Shown piece by piece: positions 21,801 through 34,783 of a DNA stretch of 64,000 nucleotides; positions within the stretch are counted from its first letter, which is position 1, and each line of letters starts with the position of its first letter. The notes beneath the pieces were generated by a model that saw only the letters and a list, made by a program, of their open reading frames with translations, was not told where the DNA came from and searched no databases. The DNA is from Ylistrum balloti (Eukaryota), in contig NW_026781907.1 in assembly GCF_031769215.1 (NCBI RefSeq), positions 1,178,001 to 1,242,000 of the forward strand. The letters are read 5' to 3'. Made by a program: the position numbers and the translations under genes.

Positions 21801-24800
21801 AAGTGCCTTTAAGCCTTCAAACTGGATGTTTATCCTTGGATAAATACTTGATCTAGAGCATTTGGCAAAAGTTGGATAAAGTAACAAATTAACACTAGTT
21901 ATAGACACCAAGGGAGGGTAACATGTTAACATGTTAATGTTATTAAGTACGAGCATCCAAATCCTAAGAAATGTGTGTGATACTTGTAATTTGATCATTC
22001 CAGATTCGTGTTACACTTTGTGTCTCAAAGTTCTGTTAGTGGTGACAGAACTATGTCTGTGTTGAATGTGATAGAGACCAATCCGTTTAAGCATCTTACC
22101 CATCTTAGTCTCAAGTTTTTCCCGGGAACTGATTCTGACGTGAAGAAGTACTTAGCGGATTGCCTGAAGCAGCTGAGGGTATATAGATTTATAGCCTTTC
22201 TCATTTACTCTTCAAACGTTTGTTATTTTATCAAAGAATGTCTGTAAGTAAAAGGATATTGTGTAAAGCTACATAATCACTTTATGTCATGATATATCAG
22301 GATTGTAGAAGCAAGACAACAATATCTTGGAAAACTTTAAAAAGTTACACAAGTTTATTTCTTTGTAAAAACATACATGTTCCAGACAGATCAAGCACGA
22401 AGACTAAATCAATATCAATTCATACTGAAAACAATTATTTGATACTTCAATTTGAATAAATGTTAAGCATTTTTATAATCACACCTTGAAAAATCTGGGT
22501 CATTATGATGTAGCGATGCGCAGATCACAAGTTTTGGGTTATGTTTAAAAAGCCAGCGATGAGAAAGGGACATGACTACTAGTATTATGTCTGATTTTGC
22601 AATAACCAGGTACCTAGTTAAGACATGTCATCTCGAGATATATATTTCAGATATTTTGATAAAAAAAGGAACATTAGAAAAAAGTTATATGTTACAATTT
22701 TATTTAACAAAAATCACGATATCATTACAAACAATACCATCAAATTTTTTCTGATATTTTAAGGAAGACTTTGTTCCTGCTCTAGCAATACATAGCTTAA
22801 ATAAACATGTTTGAACCTTTGTCATATGAAAGACAAGGAATAGTTCTTGCTCATATTGAAGAAATATCACAAGGTATATGAAATAGTAAATAAGGCAGCA
22901 ATGTTTCTGGGAATCATGACATTTTGGTTTTTTTTTTCCACCAGGATACTAATGCATTGTTACAACAAAGATTAGAGCACACAGATGCTGACCTGAACCA
23001 CAAGTTACAGCAAACACAGGAGGTGAGTATTAGCTGTTCAGGGCAGTATCTGGTAAAACTGAACTGATATACACATGGTGGTGTTCTCAACCACAAGTTA
23101 CAACAAACACAGGAGGTGAGTATCAGCTGTTCAGGGCAGTATCTGGTAAAACTGAACTGACACACACATGGTGGTGTTCTCAACCACAAGTTACAACAAA
23201 CACAGGAGGTGAGTATCAGCTGTTCAGGGCAGTATCTGGTAAAACTGAACTGACACACACATGGTGGTGTTCTCAGCCACAATTTACACACACAGGAGGT
23301 GAGTATTAGCTGTTCAGGGCAGTATCTGGTAAAACTGAACTGATATACACATGGTGGTGTTCTCAACCACAAGTTACAACAAACACAGGAGGTGAGTATC
23401 AGCTGTTCAGGGCAGTATCTGGTAAAACTGAACTGACACACACATGGTGGTGTTCTCAGCCACAACTTACAACAAACACAGGAGGTGAGTATCAGCTGTT
23501 CAGGGCAGTATCTGGTAAAACTGAACTGACACACACATGGTGGTGTTCTCAGCCACAACTTACAACAAACACAGGAGGTGAGTATTAGCTGTTCAGGGCA
23601 GTATCTGGTAAAACTGAACTGACACACACATGGTGGTGTTCTCAGCCACAACTTACAACAAACACAGGAGGTGAGTATCAGCTGTTCAGGGCAGTATGAG
23701 GTAAAACCAATCCTATATTACCTTTAAACAGCACTGCATTTATTGTTTCTTTGTGGTCGCTGTATAATTCATGTACTGTATGTGTTATGTATGTAACAGG
23801 GTGTAGATAATGATGTAAGAAACAATTCTGAGTTCAGCTGTTGCTTTTAGGAAAAGAAACTTGTTCTCCTTATCTCCTTAAGTGGTAGTAGATTCTGTTC
23901 TGACTAACATGCATTATCAAGTGAAGTCACAGTATTCACTCAAAATTGCATGTCATTTTGGAAACTAAATCACCAAAAATAATTTATTATACCCCTGACT
24001 TAGTAAAGACGGGATACATATTATGTCTATAGTGTATTGAATTGTCTTTGTGCGTCCATAGGACAAAACGTTTGTACAAGATATCTCATGAGCCCCTCAA
24101 CAGCTTAAGTTGTATCACAATATCAAATTCTACACCTGATAAGATATTGTATTATTGGTGATCATCGGTCAAGTTTTTTAAGTTAAATATCACACTTGAC
24201 CATATTGAAACAAAATCTTTCAAACATTTCTTATGAAATTCTCAATAAATTTAGTTCATATTCATAGCATCCTACTATCACAACATTAACTTCTACTCTT
24301 GAAAAGGTTTTGTTGGTCATCGGTCAATGTTAGGGTCAAAGGTGACACTTGACCAGGTTTGGAAAAAAATTTAAAAAATTAGAACCTTTGTTTATTTAGT
24401 TTGTATTTTGGCAGAAATATACATAGATCTGTCTACAACACAATTATTGTATGGTGTTTCCTCTCACTGGTCTTGTTCTACAACAGACTCTCACATCCAA
24501 GTCAGTGGAGCTGGAGCATTTGAAGGCTGAGTGGACAGCCAAACTAACTGACCAGGCAGCGAGACACAAACATGAGATAGCAACAGAGAAAGAAAAGACT
24601 CTACAGGTATATCTACCTTAAACTTTTATAGGAAAAACATGTCTGTATCAATGATCATGTCTTAATACATTAAAGTGGTTCAGTTTGAATTCAGCTTGCC
24701 AAGAAATGTGTCAAACATGTCCTGGGGATTTAATCTGAATGTAGAAAATGTAGAGAAGATAGTTGCATAATTATATATTTTTTATCAAGTATTCAACAGT

Positions 24801-27800
24801 TTTAATTCTTCATGCGGATGTTGTCTGGTCCTCTACATTTGCTGTTTATACATCTTTGAACCAGACTCCTGTATTCCACTAGGAAGACTGCCGATATTAC
24901 TGAGTCTACCAGACAGGACGTTGGATCTGTTTTTCTTTGTATTATATATATTTTTTGTATTCTGGGCAGGAAGATACTAATACAATCTTTCTTAATGCTA
25001 TGTTTGGAAATTAAAAGAAATTGGAAACTTTTTCGGCTGTACTTTAATGTTATGTACACTTTGCAAAATCTTATAGATGTCTAGGAAAATCCCAAAATAG
25101 TCAACAGGGAAAAAAACCTTTTTCAGACAATTATGGGATTTTTGTATAACCAAAAAAGGTGAACAATTCCTTTTATACACTGCATATGCCAGTGCTAGTA
25201 CGCTCCACACTGGTTTGTCTGATGGAGGTGACCATGTAGGCATCAAAATGTCACACTCTAATCTTCTCCTGGTTGTGTTTTAAGAACTTCTATTCTTTTG
25301 AAATGATGAACCCGAAGAAAATGTTACGAAATACAAAATGCACTGTTTGTAAGCTTTCCTTGATAAGTGGAAAGCATTTCTGCTGATATGATATGCATAG
25401 TAAAGACATACCTGGCTTACTGTGGAAAAGATTTGTTTACAGACAAATTGAGACAATAACAATTGTCAATATAAAAAGACACACGATTTCCATAACATAA
25501 ATTATAGCTCTTACTAATGATCCAGGATCTTTTTACCTTAAAATGTTTTTTAGAAGGACATTTTTAGTCTGGAAACATAATTAAGGGAGTTAATTTAGAT
25601 TGATATATATGTAAGTTTTCATGTCCTTTTTCAGATGCAAAGCAGTTACCAACAGAAACAGGAAAGGGATCGTAAAGATATGGAACAAGCTCACATGAAA
25701 ATTGTTAAACAAATGGAATCAAAGTTATATGACCTGGAAGGTTCCAATAAGGTAATTAAAGTTATCGTTATTCATTGATGTTTACTGCATACATGGAAAC
25801 ATTTGCCCAGGTTTCCTCACAAACCTAAAATAATCATAACTTTTATACTAACTTTAATGTCAAACTTCAGCTCACTTTTTTCTGTTTGCCCTACTGCCTA
25901 AAGTAATTTTCTTCATGTGTTTACAGTAGGCAATTTTCACTGTAAGGGAAATCTGTATTCATTTTATTATTAAAAGTGCTAATCTCTTGATTTTGCAAAC
26001 AATAGTTTTTATCACTCTTGTGACTTATCAGCAAGGTAAGCATAGCTCATGCAAAGATATGGAATTGCATTAAAACATAAGATATTTTACTGGTGTGTGC
26101 TGGTGACTGAGACCTTGTCGAGATAATGGCATTAAAAAAAAACGTTTTGGTGTACACTTGATTCTGTGGATAAATATGTCTAAACAATCTACTTCCACTT
26201 ATTTGAAAAGTTCATGAACATATGAATTTGTTTAATTTCTTTATTGAGTGTACCCACAAAATCAATGAAAATTAATCCTCCACAAAAATTGGTGATATTG
26301 CAGTAAGTCAGTGACACTATTTGTTGTGGTACTTCAATGTCCTCCTGTCATTATTTTGGCATGAGTTGTTCATAAGGAGTATTAAACTTGGATTTTATGA
26401 GGGACTTTGTAATATGGTAAAAGTTGATCCTAACTACATGATTAAATTGTTTCTTTTTTATAGACTTGGATGACTTGGATTGTTTGCAATGTTTTAAGAG
26501 TATTTTGCATTTTCCTTCAGGACTTGTTAGACCGAAAGTATAAATCCGAGTCCAGTATTCGGGAAATGAAATCCAAGTTATCATTATTGGAGGAAGAACA
26601 TTTACGAGCTAAACAAGAGCTACAGAGTTTGAGGAAACAGAACACATCCCTTGATGGCGAGTACCATGAACAAGAGAAAGTCATTAATCAGCTCAGTACC
26701 CGTGTTGCGGTCCTGGAACAGGAAGTCAAAGATAAAGAGCAAGTTATAGCAAGATCGTCAGATTTGTTAGGGTCTGAACAGGACCAGAAGGTGAGTGTTT
26801 AGGTCTTGATTCACTGGTGCAATCTTTAATATGTTTAAATTATACCATATATTCTACTGCAGACAAAAATTACTCAGAATATTAACTTTGTTGGATACGA
26901 TTTTTGAGAAAGGTCTCTCACATGTGTTGCTCTCATACTTCACAAGTAAATTATGTTTGTAGGAAAAAGGTAGATATTTCTTCCTATAAGGAAAAGACAG
27001 TTTACTTGACGAAAGGATGTGTGAATAATTTACATTATGTAACCATGTGATAGTTAGATGATGTCATAAATTTGTGTTCATGACAATAACATCCAATTTA
27101 TTGTGATTGCAATGCCTAAGGAAAAAACATTAACCACAGTGTAATTTAAATATTGTTTTCAGTTTATTTTTTCATATATGTCATATTTTTCTGCATATTT
27201 TCTTCATTATTTTCAGAGAAAATTCGAAGATGAGGTGGACTTCAAAAGTAAAGATATTTACAAATTAGAAAACAAAGTGCGAGCTATGTCAGAAGAACTG
27301 ATGAAAGGCAATGAGATCATTAAGAAATTACAAGGAGAGATTAAAAATTATCATGCAAAGGTAAATCCTGCTTGATATATCTATGATTGACCTGGTGTTG
27401 ATCCTCAGTTCTTTTATATCGATGTGATTTGGCAGTTGTACAAATAAAGAACTGTCCTTTCAAGTGGAGAAACAAATTTTGAAAATTGATGTTGAATCTG
27501 ATGGTAGAAGCTTTGTATATGGTGATTACATATTTAAAAGACAGTTTTTTGTGAATTTTCTAGAGGTTTGAAGACCATAGATATTTATTTTAAGTGAAGG
27601 TCCGATAGAGGGTGACTTATAACCCCAGTACTTTAAATCAGAACTTAATCCACATTCTAAGGGTAAAATAAGAACTTAACGCAACATTCTAAGGGAATTG
27701 GGAAAATATGTACCTTATTGTTTTATCTGTGTCTTGAGAATTTTCTTGTTGTTCATTCAATAAGTTAAGAAATCTAGGGAAAGATTTTTTTTTTTAAAGA

Positions 27801-30541
27801 TTTTGAAGAAGAGGAAATATTGTATAATATATAGCACACAGCTTCCACTAAAATCATTACTGCTGATGTCTGTTGACTTGAAGTGGTGTGATGACTGTGT
27901 TGTAGATAAAACTGAGGAATCAGATTGCCACAGAACAAGAAAAATTACTGGGCGAGAAGGATCAGGAGCTGGAGCGATTAAGACAAGATCTGGCCTCTAC
28001 TAAGGACAATCTCAAACAAAAAACAGAAGAGGTATTGAACCAGACTTAAAGTGTCAACAAGAAATATCTTTGATCACTGGTGTGGCCCAACAAGTTTCGG
28101 GAATATTTTGTAATAAGCTTGTCTGCTGTTTGTCTATCCCATCTTCTCTTTGTCAGCATCTCAAATTCAGAATATCTCAATGAAATGTTTTATTCATAAC
28201 CAGTACTTGGTATTCTTATTTCCAATGATTATTATTATGATATGCGTAACAAGAAATAATTACAATATATTTGAGATTTAAATTACACGCCCACAAAAAA
28301 AAATCTTCTACTGTAAAACAAGGGTAATAAGTCTGGATTTATCAGTACAATTACCGCATGGTTGATTACTATTGATTATGTTGAGATCTCGTGGTAATTT
28401 CAGAATGAAAAGTTGAATGAGAATCTCAAGGGAACAATGGAAAAATTAGAAGAAAGTCGTCAACTCCTGAAAACAAATGAAAATGGTTTGTTCTGATTTA
28501 CATGTTATCATTTTGTATATTACATAACAAATTGTTTTTTAATTTCACTTGTGTTATTGAAATTTACATGACAAGCAATGATAAGACAGCACTCTATTAA
28601 ATAACTTCCTGTATGACCATTGTGATAATAGCCAACAGGATGTGTGCAAGTCCTTTTGGTGATGCCACCTCTTGATTAATCTTATTTGAGTATAACTATT
28701 ATCTAATATTTAATAAAACCCCTGCTGTAAGATTTTCCTTTGAAAATTAAAAAAAAATTTGTTTTAATTGATATTTTCAGTGATACAGTGGTTGAATAAA
28801 CAGATTAACGAGACACAAGTGAACCACCAGAGGGCAGGCATGTTTGAGATGCCAGGTGCTACTACCAACTTTAGGCCTTCCTCAGCTATGGTAGGTCATT
28901 CCTTATGAAAATATTTAGACTTTAACTTTCATTTTGATTATATTTGTCTCAAGAGGTCTATGAAAAGAGAGGGAGAAAAAAAAGAGAGAGGGAGAGGTAA
29001 TGCAATATGTATTCTGTTAAGGATTTGATTTTTTTTTTTTTGACAGCATAATTACAGTACATCAAGTTACGGGTCCCAGGGATCACATCCTGAGAGTCAT
29101 AGTGTAGGGGTTGCTATGCCAAGGTCATACCCAAATCCTCACAGACACCAACAGGTACACAACACAATATCTTTATTGTAAAGAAATATCGGCCCCATTA
29201 TGCCATTGTGAAGAAGTATTCATTCATAATTGGCTTTAGGTGGTATTCTTTATCATTAATCATGGATGCTAAATCTGACCTATTTAAAATGCATAATTTA
29301 CATGGTCATTTTCCGGTCTTAACAACGTACTTCAGAGTGTTAAGAAGGGTTTGCTGTACACTTAACTGATAAAGTTAATGTTGCTTCATTTTTTTTAAAT
29401 ATCTGATATATTGCTATTCTTCAGGTACAATACAACCCAGGAAACCCCAGGAAAACTGGATTGCCCCAACCCTTACCAAGTAAAGGGAAGATAGCACCTG
29501 TTCCCATCCCTGAGGAGATCAGACCACATCACTCTCCAGGATCAGGAGGCTCAGGCGGAGACAAGGAAAAGTAGGTGGCAGAAAATAGTAAAGTCTTCTT
29601 ACTTTTGTCTTGTATAAAATTGTGTTACAGGGACGAAGTAAACCTACTTATTTTAGAGCAATATCAATTTCACAAGAATTATGTATTAATGACAAACAGA
29701 AACTGCAGTTATTAATGCATAGTCATATTTTAATGCTAAGTCTTGAGCTCAAAATGATATAAGATATAAGATTACCACTGTATTATGTATGTTTACAAGT
29801 AAATCATTTATTTTGATTTAATGTAAAAAAAAATCACTTATTTAAATGATATGGGCCTTTAGTTCATTTGTGTATAAATGTTTCTGCATTCAAAAAAGAC
29901 ATTGACGGCTGTAAATACGAAATGCCCGTCTGCCTTAGAAGTCGGATTGTACAAACCTTACAACCTATTGAAATATAAACATAGACTACACTAAACCTGA
30001 AATAGACATATTTAAGGATTCTCTAAAATAAGTGATTAGTTAAAATCAAGAAAACATTGATTTAAAAAAAAAAATCTGGTAAATTTTTCATTCTTATTGT
30101 TCTTAAACTTTAAATTAATTTTTTTCCTCATTAACAACATGAAAGAATTATTTTCATCATAATCTATTAACGTGCTTTGTCCAGTGTTTTGAGAATTTCC
30201 CTGTTAACGTTTGTTCAGGGATTTAAGACATTGTAATCATATAGACTTACATAACCTATATTGTTAAAACATTATCAACACACATGTATATTTTGATAAC
30301 TCACATTCACGTTTATTTTTCTTTAAACAGTGATCCTCCTTTAGATCCAAAGTACCTTCAGAAGCGCGATGATGTTATTCCTTTACGAGGTCTTGTTCAG
30401 CACTCCGGATCTCCACCTCCCATACAGTCTAGTATCTTACCTCCAAACAATACTGTACGACTCAGCCAGCAGGGCATAGTGCCTAGGACTACACAGCCAC
30501 CACTAGCCTCAGCTTACTTTCCTGGCCAGAAGATGTCATGA
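18894..30541 (+). CDS. SASS6: Spindle assembly abnormal protein 6 (SAS-6), 665 aa, 16 exons: 18894-18958, 20431-20491, 21166-21245, 21524-21628, 22004-22178, 22945-23022, 24487-24606, 25635-25751, 26521-26790, 27217-27360, 27906-28031, 28404-28485, 28781-28890, 29047-29154, 29425-29570, 30331-30541.
   Basis: SAS-6 head-domain motifs ([54 protein letters not shown]), a long coiled coil, the [15 protein letters not shown] motif and a Pro/Ser-rich tail ending [10 protein letters not shown]. All 15 introns are GT-AG and phase-compatible; the total is 1998 nt. Confidence 0.95.
19500..19870 (-). mobile_element. Two decayed tRNA-derived SINE heads in SASS6 intron 1
   Basis: Direct repeats gtctctagccaga...gacta.agag.aattcccact at about 19520 and 19805. 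The second carries a B box (gttcgaatccc on the minus strand, about 19780-19790). Confidence 0.5.
22996..23706 (+). repeat. 93-bp minisatellite (one unit is 90 bp), about 7.6 copies, made of the last 27 nt of SASS6 exon 6 plus the first 66 nt of intron 6
   Basis: gag|gtgagt donors at 23023 (the real one), 23116, 23209, 23299, 23392, 23485, 23578 and 23671, each preceded by a copy of the exon end (NHKLQQTQE coding). Confidence 0.97.
23984..24470 (+). mobile_element. Possible decayed DINE-1/HINE-like element in SASS6 intron 6
   Basis: It starts ttatacccc...cggg..acatatt, has a gtgcgtcc remnant, and contains internal repeated ggtcatcggtcaa...cacttgacc blocks. Confidence 0.35.
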
Positions 30542-31107
30542 CACCTGTCTTTGGACTCTATAAATGACTATTTTAATGACTTTGATATACTTCAGAGTCC
30601 CAGTAAATTTGACCAAGTCAGATATGTTTCTGTATGTTTCTGTCACTCTTCCTTACATGACAACACTGAAATATACGATATATTCCATTTATGCTGTTTC
30701 TGTTTAACTATAAACAACGAATCTCCATTCTGGCATAAATGATAACAAGAGATATTGCACATTAATAAATCTTTTCTTTTGTCAAACATTTACAAATGAA
30801 GATTACAAAATTGTGAATGAAGAACTTTTTATAACTAAATTGCATATTTATGAAATATAAAGCTAACACTTTTGATACATGCATGTTATCATCGTCCGAA
30901 GTCTTGACTGTTAAATTGCTAAGAATTGTCAGCAGTATCAAATGTTGGTCATAGAAGGCATTGTTTGAGAACCACACATAATTCAATTATCTAAGTCGTT
31001 CTATCTTAATGTTGATGTACGTGGTCAATATTTACAAAAGAAATATTTTCAATATTAAAGAAGGGTGAAAGGTATTTACATAAAAAATTATTTATCAATA
31101 GATTAAA

Positions 31108-31270
31108 AGTTCTTATAGCCCAACCAGTAGAAGATTCTGTACCTATTAATTCTACTGGTTGAGTTCTGAGAACTTCTATATTCTACTGGTTGAGTTCTGA
31201 GAACTTCTATATTCTACTGGTTGAGTTCTGAGAACTTCTATATTCTACTAGTTGTTTTATAAGAACTACT
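31108..31270. repeat. 31-bp tandem repeat (3 copies plus a diverged fourth) preceded by one inverted copy, downstream of the SASS6 stop
   Basis: Unit ttctactggttgagttctgagaacttctata. caaccagtagaa (31121-31132) is the reverse complement of ttctactggttg (31150-31161). Confidence 0.85.
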
Positions 31271-32577
31271 GTTCTATTGACATTACCAACCTGAAGAAAA
31301 ATGTTACCCAAAAATGAACTTATCAAAGCTTGTACACTATAGACTGAGAAAAGAAAACTCACCTTGGGGATAAGGGCTTCACATAGCACATTTAAGACAT
31401 GTTTAGGGGCAATGGTGATGCACTTTCTAATATATTGTTTTAGGTGATAAAACAGAGATTTGTCAGTAGAGGTGAGAAGAGTTTAAGGCATGAACTGTCA
31501 TTAAAAAAAAAGAAACATTCTGTTTTATATGCAGCCAATTTATAGGAAAATAAATTATGACTCGTTGCTGTGTTTGGTATTATAAGTGACCAGACATATT
31601 TTCCTACAAGCTTTCTTTGTGACATGTTCAGTTACGGAGAGAAAGGTTATTTTTTGTGCTCTTTGATCCCAGTGCAATCTCTTATTTGATGTTATTATGA
31701 ACAGTCGTAGATAACTTGTGAACCACTTATAAAGAAACATTGCTCAGGAGATCTTACATACATGATTTTTACCTATAAGGGAGTTAACTCTGTCATCGCG
31801 ATCTATCACATCCAGCATTAGCTTAAAAATGTATATATGCAAGCAATCACTGAGTGACATTTTATGTTGTTATTGGTGTGATGATAAAAGGGAGTACACT
31901 GAATCAATACTGAGGCATGACACATGTTGACCTGCAATAAAGTTAATCTGTACATTTTGTAAATAATCATTTAATATATGTCTGTATCAATTTCATTAAA
32001 TCACTGAAATATTCAACTGGCGGTTTGTCCTGATGTATTACAAGTTTGGTGGCTTCATTGTAGGCCTGTGAAGTAACTTTTCCTTCTGTTTAGATATGTT
32101 GAACAAGTCTTGATGTTGTTGATGATGTAATCTGTTGTGAAGGTGTTTATTGCCAGATGTACTCTAATTTTGATGCAATCTAATTTTATTGAATTTTTCT
32201 ACGATAACTAAACAAACAGTGTTTAAGTGTGATTGACGTATCGAGTCCGGATAAGAGGAATGTTCGGTTAGAACTTCGCTGTGTTTCCACTAGGTAAGGT
32301 TGCCCGGAGAAAATGCTTACGTTGTGTATATATATATATATATCTAAGGTCAAGGTTACAATCACGAGTCTCGATGTGAAAAACCAGGGAGTATTTCAAG
32401 GTCTTTATTTTTACACTGTATGGCGCGACTGTCTTGGATGAGTAATAATTCAGATTTTGACATTTAGTAACTTATGTAAGTGTTTAAAAACATGTACACA
32501 GCCACCATTAAGAAATAACTATCCGGAAGTTGTAGTGTTGGACTCCTGGGGTGTGCTATCTATACAGATATCTAACC

Positions 32578-32985
32578 AGGTTTTCTTAAAATCGAGGCAG
32601 AATTTCACAAATAATTGACATCAAATATCGGATCTGGTTTTCCGAAAAGATGAGACAGAATTGCACATGGAATTAACATCAAATATTGGATTAAGGTTTT
32701 CTTAATATTTGGACCAGAACTTCATATGTAATTGACAGCAAACATCTCAAGATTTCTTAACAATTAAGACAGAATTGCACATGGAATTAACATCAGATAT
32801 CGGGTCAAGATTTCTGAAAATTGAGACAGAATTTCACAAATGATCAATGTCTTCAAATATCAGATAAGGGTTTCTTAAAATTAAGGCAGAATTTCACATG
32901 TAATTGACATCAAATATCGGATCAGGTTTTTATAAGAATTGAGACAGAATTGCACAAGTAGTTGACATCAAAATGTCAGAAAAAT
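32578..32985. repeat. Old degenerate tandem repeat of about 58 bp, about 7 copies
   Basis: Recurring tttcttaaaattgagacagaattgcacatg.aattgacatcaaatatcgg. Confidence 0.85.
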
Positions 32986-33954
32986 ATATCGGGGCCCAGG
33001 AGTGGTAGCTGATCTGAACTCGTATACTGAATAAGGAATTAAGGTAGATTATAAGGTACATAGTATGAAAACTATCTATTTTATTTATTAGGTTAAAGTG
33101 CTTTATACTGTCGATTTTCACCTTTTATAATTGTGACTTCGTAGTGTTGATTGCTTGAACCTACTCCCTGCTATTTCATAACATTGACCCAAATACTCCG
33201 GTTACCAACAGCGAGTGACCGCTAACTTAGCCTAATTCATACCCTAGCCACCTACAGCAAAGAGATAAAAGATTGTGCGGTTGTTTACCAACACAGATAA
33301 CTAGCTAAAGCCATCCGTATGCTTCATGATCACGCGTGTTCCTACCAGAATATACGTGTCTATGCCGATATAGATTTTTATTTTATCTCAAGAGTCCGTA
33401 TTGATTGCATAAATAATTATTAATAGACAAAAAAAAAATGCAGCTGTGACTTAAATCCGATCTCTTCTAATTTTAATAGATTAAGGCTTTACCTTTCCGT
33501 CCTTGTCAACAATGACGCTGTTTGAGTTCGATCTTTGGATGAGCACCACAAAGGTACACAATTATTTTATGTAAATTAACATGCTCTTCATGATACATCT
33601 TGTTGAATGAGAATTTCGGGAAGCCTTCAAAATTTGCTGCATTAAAGAGACTGTCTTTCGGGAGAAATTGTGTTTTACAAATCATTTGTTTAAAATATGT
33701 TAGATATAAACTATTTAATGTAAAAAAAAATCCCAGATATTTTGGATGTTACGATATCACTATTAAGTAATAGATTAGAAGTTTTGGTAACTGGTTATAG
33801 CATACCAATTGCAAGCCACAACTGCACTGAGAATAATTTGGGTGTTTAATTCTTTGGAAGTTTTAAATTATCAATTTCTTACTTATCATTTTGAGAAAAT
33901 CACAGTACTGTACCATCCTAGCATAATTTGATTGTTGACGTCTGTAATGTCTAC

Positions 33955-34783
33955 CTAAATTTGAACATAGATCAATTTGTGAGTTTCGAGAGTTTTGATG
34001 TTCCGTACTCGCATCCGCTAGTTTGCCATTAAAGTTACTGTAAATTCTCATTCCGGCTTCTGTTAATTGAAAAGGTAGGAATTACTTAATATATATTGAA
34101 GCTAGTTTTCATTTTCAAGCGGTAACTTGCCAATTTTACCTGCAGATTGCTCATCGAAAAGCAGGTAACAAAGATCTTGCCAAGTCCTTCATAATGATAG
34201 TATACATCAGAAATTGAAATGAGTTATAGGAGTGACTCATACTTCTATCACTTACATTGATCTTTGCCTACAACGTAACCAAATGACAGCTTTCTGCTAA
34301 GTTGCATATTGACGCTATTTTTTCCTTTTCTGGATAGTAACGTTGCTTCCCCAGCCCATGGTTTCTACATGTTGCTGTTTATTCGGTATCCTAACTCCTG
34401 TGCATGAATTCAATGTTACATGTACTAGCTTAGTATTAGCCAGCTTCCCGTGCAGTCTTTAAAATCCCACTCACAAAGTCTATGATGTACAATTCCCTAA
34501 TTTGTAGCTGTGTGTTTAAAAGACGGAGCATCAAAAAGAATACAACAGATGTTTATTCCTAAGGTGCTCTCTACAATTCTAAAGCATTTGACAAGAGACC
34601 ATTCACTTACAATCGGCACTGCTTCAGAGGATATCTGAACACCTAACAAGAAATACAGCTGTACATTCATTGTTTGGCTCTACTGTATCTTGCTTTGAAT
34701 TATGAAAAGATACTATTCACTTGCGTGTCTTTTGTACAATCTGTCAGATACAATATTTCGTAGCAGGCCATTTTGGACATCAT
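33955..34783 (-). CDS. Putative uncharacterised micro-exon gene, partial. Exons 34783-34721, 34642-34611, 34496-34475, 34293-34256, 34186-34140, 34059-33955; possible further exons 33650-33597 and 33532-33493.
   Basis: Six GT-AG-bounded segments with introns of 69-181 nt join in phase into an uninterrupted 102-codon frame: MMSKMACYEILYLTDCTKDTQVFRYPLKQCRLELYIIDFKAVIWLRCRQRSMTWQDLCYLLFDEQSAEAGMRIYSNFNGKLADASTEHQNSRNSQIDLCSNL. No family was recognised. Two acceptors are weak and the 3' end is unresolved. Confidence 0.5.

Noticed and set aside
22914-23651. 245-aa antisense ORF through the SASS6 intron array
   Set aside because: It is open only because the 93/90-bp units are multiples of 3 and lack a stop in that frame; there is no independent sign of coding.
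32578-32985. Coding repeat exon continuing the micro-exon gene into the 58-bp array
   Set aside because: All three minus-strand frames hit stops and the unit length is not consistently a multiple of 3.
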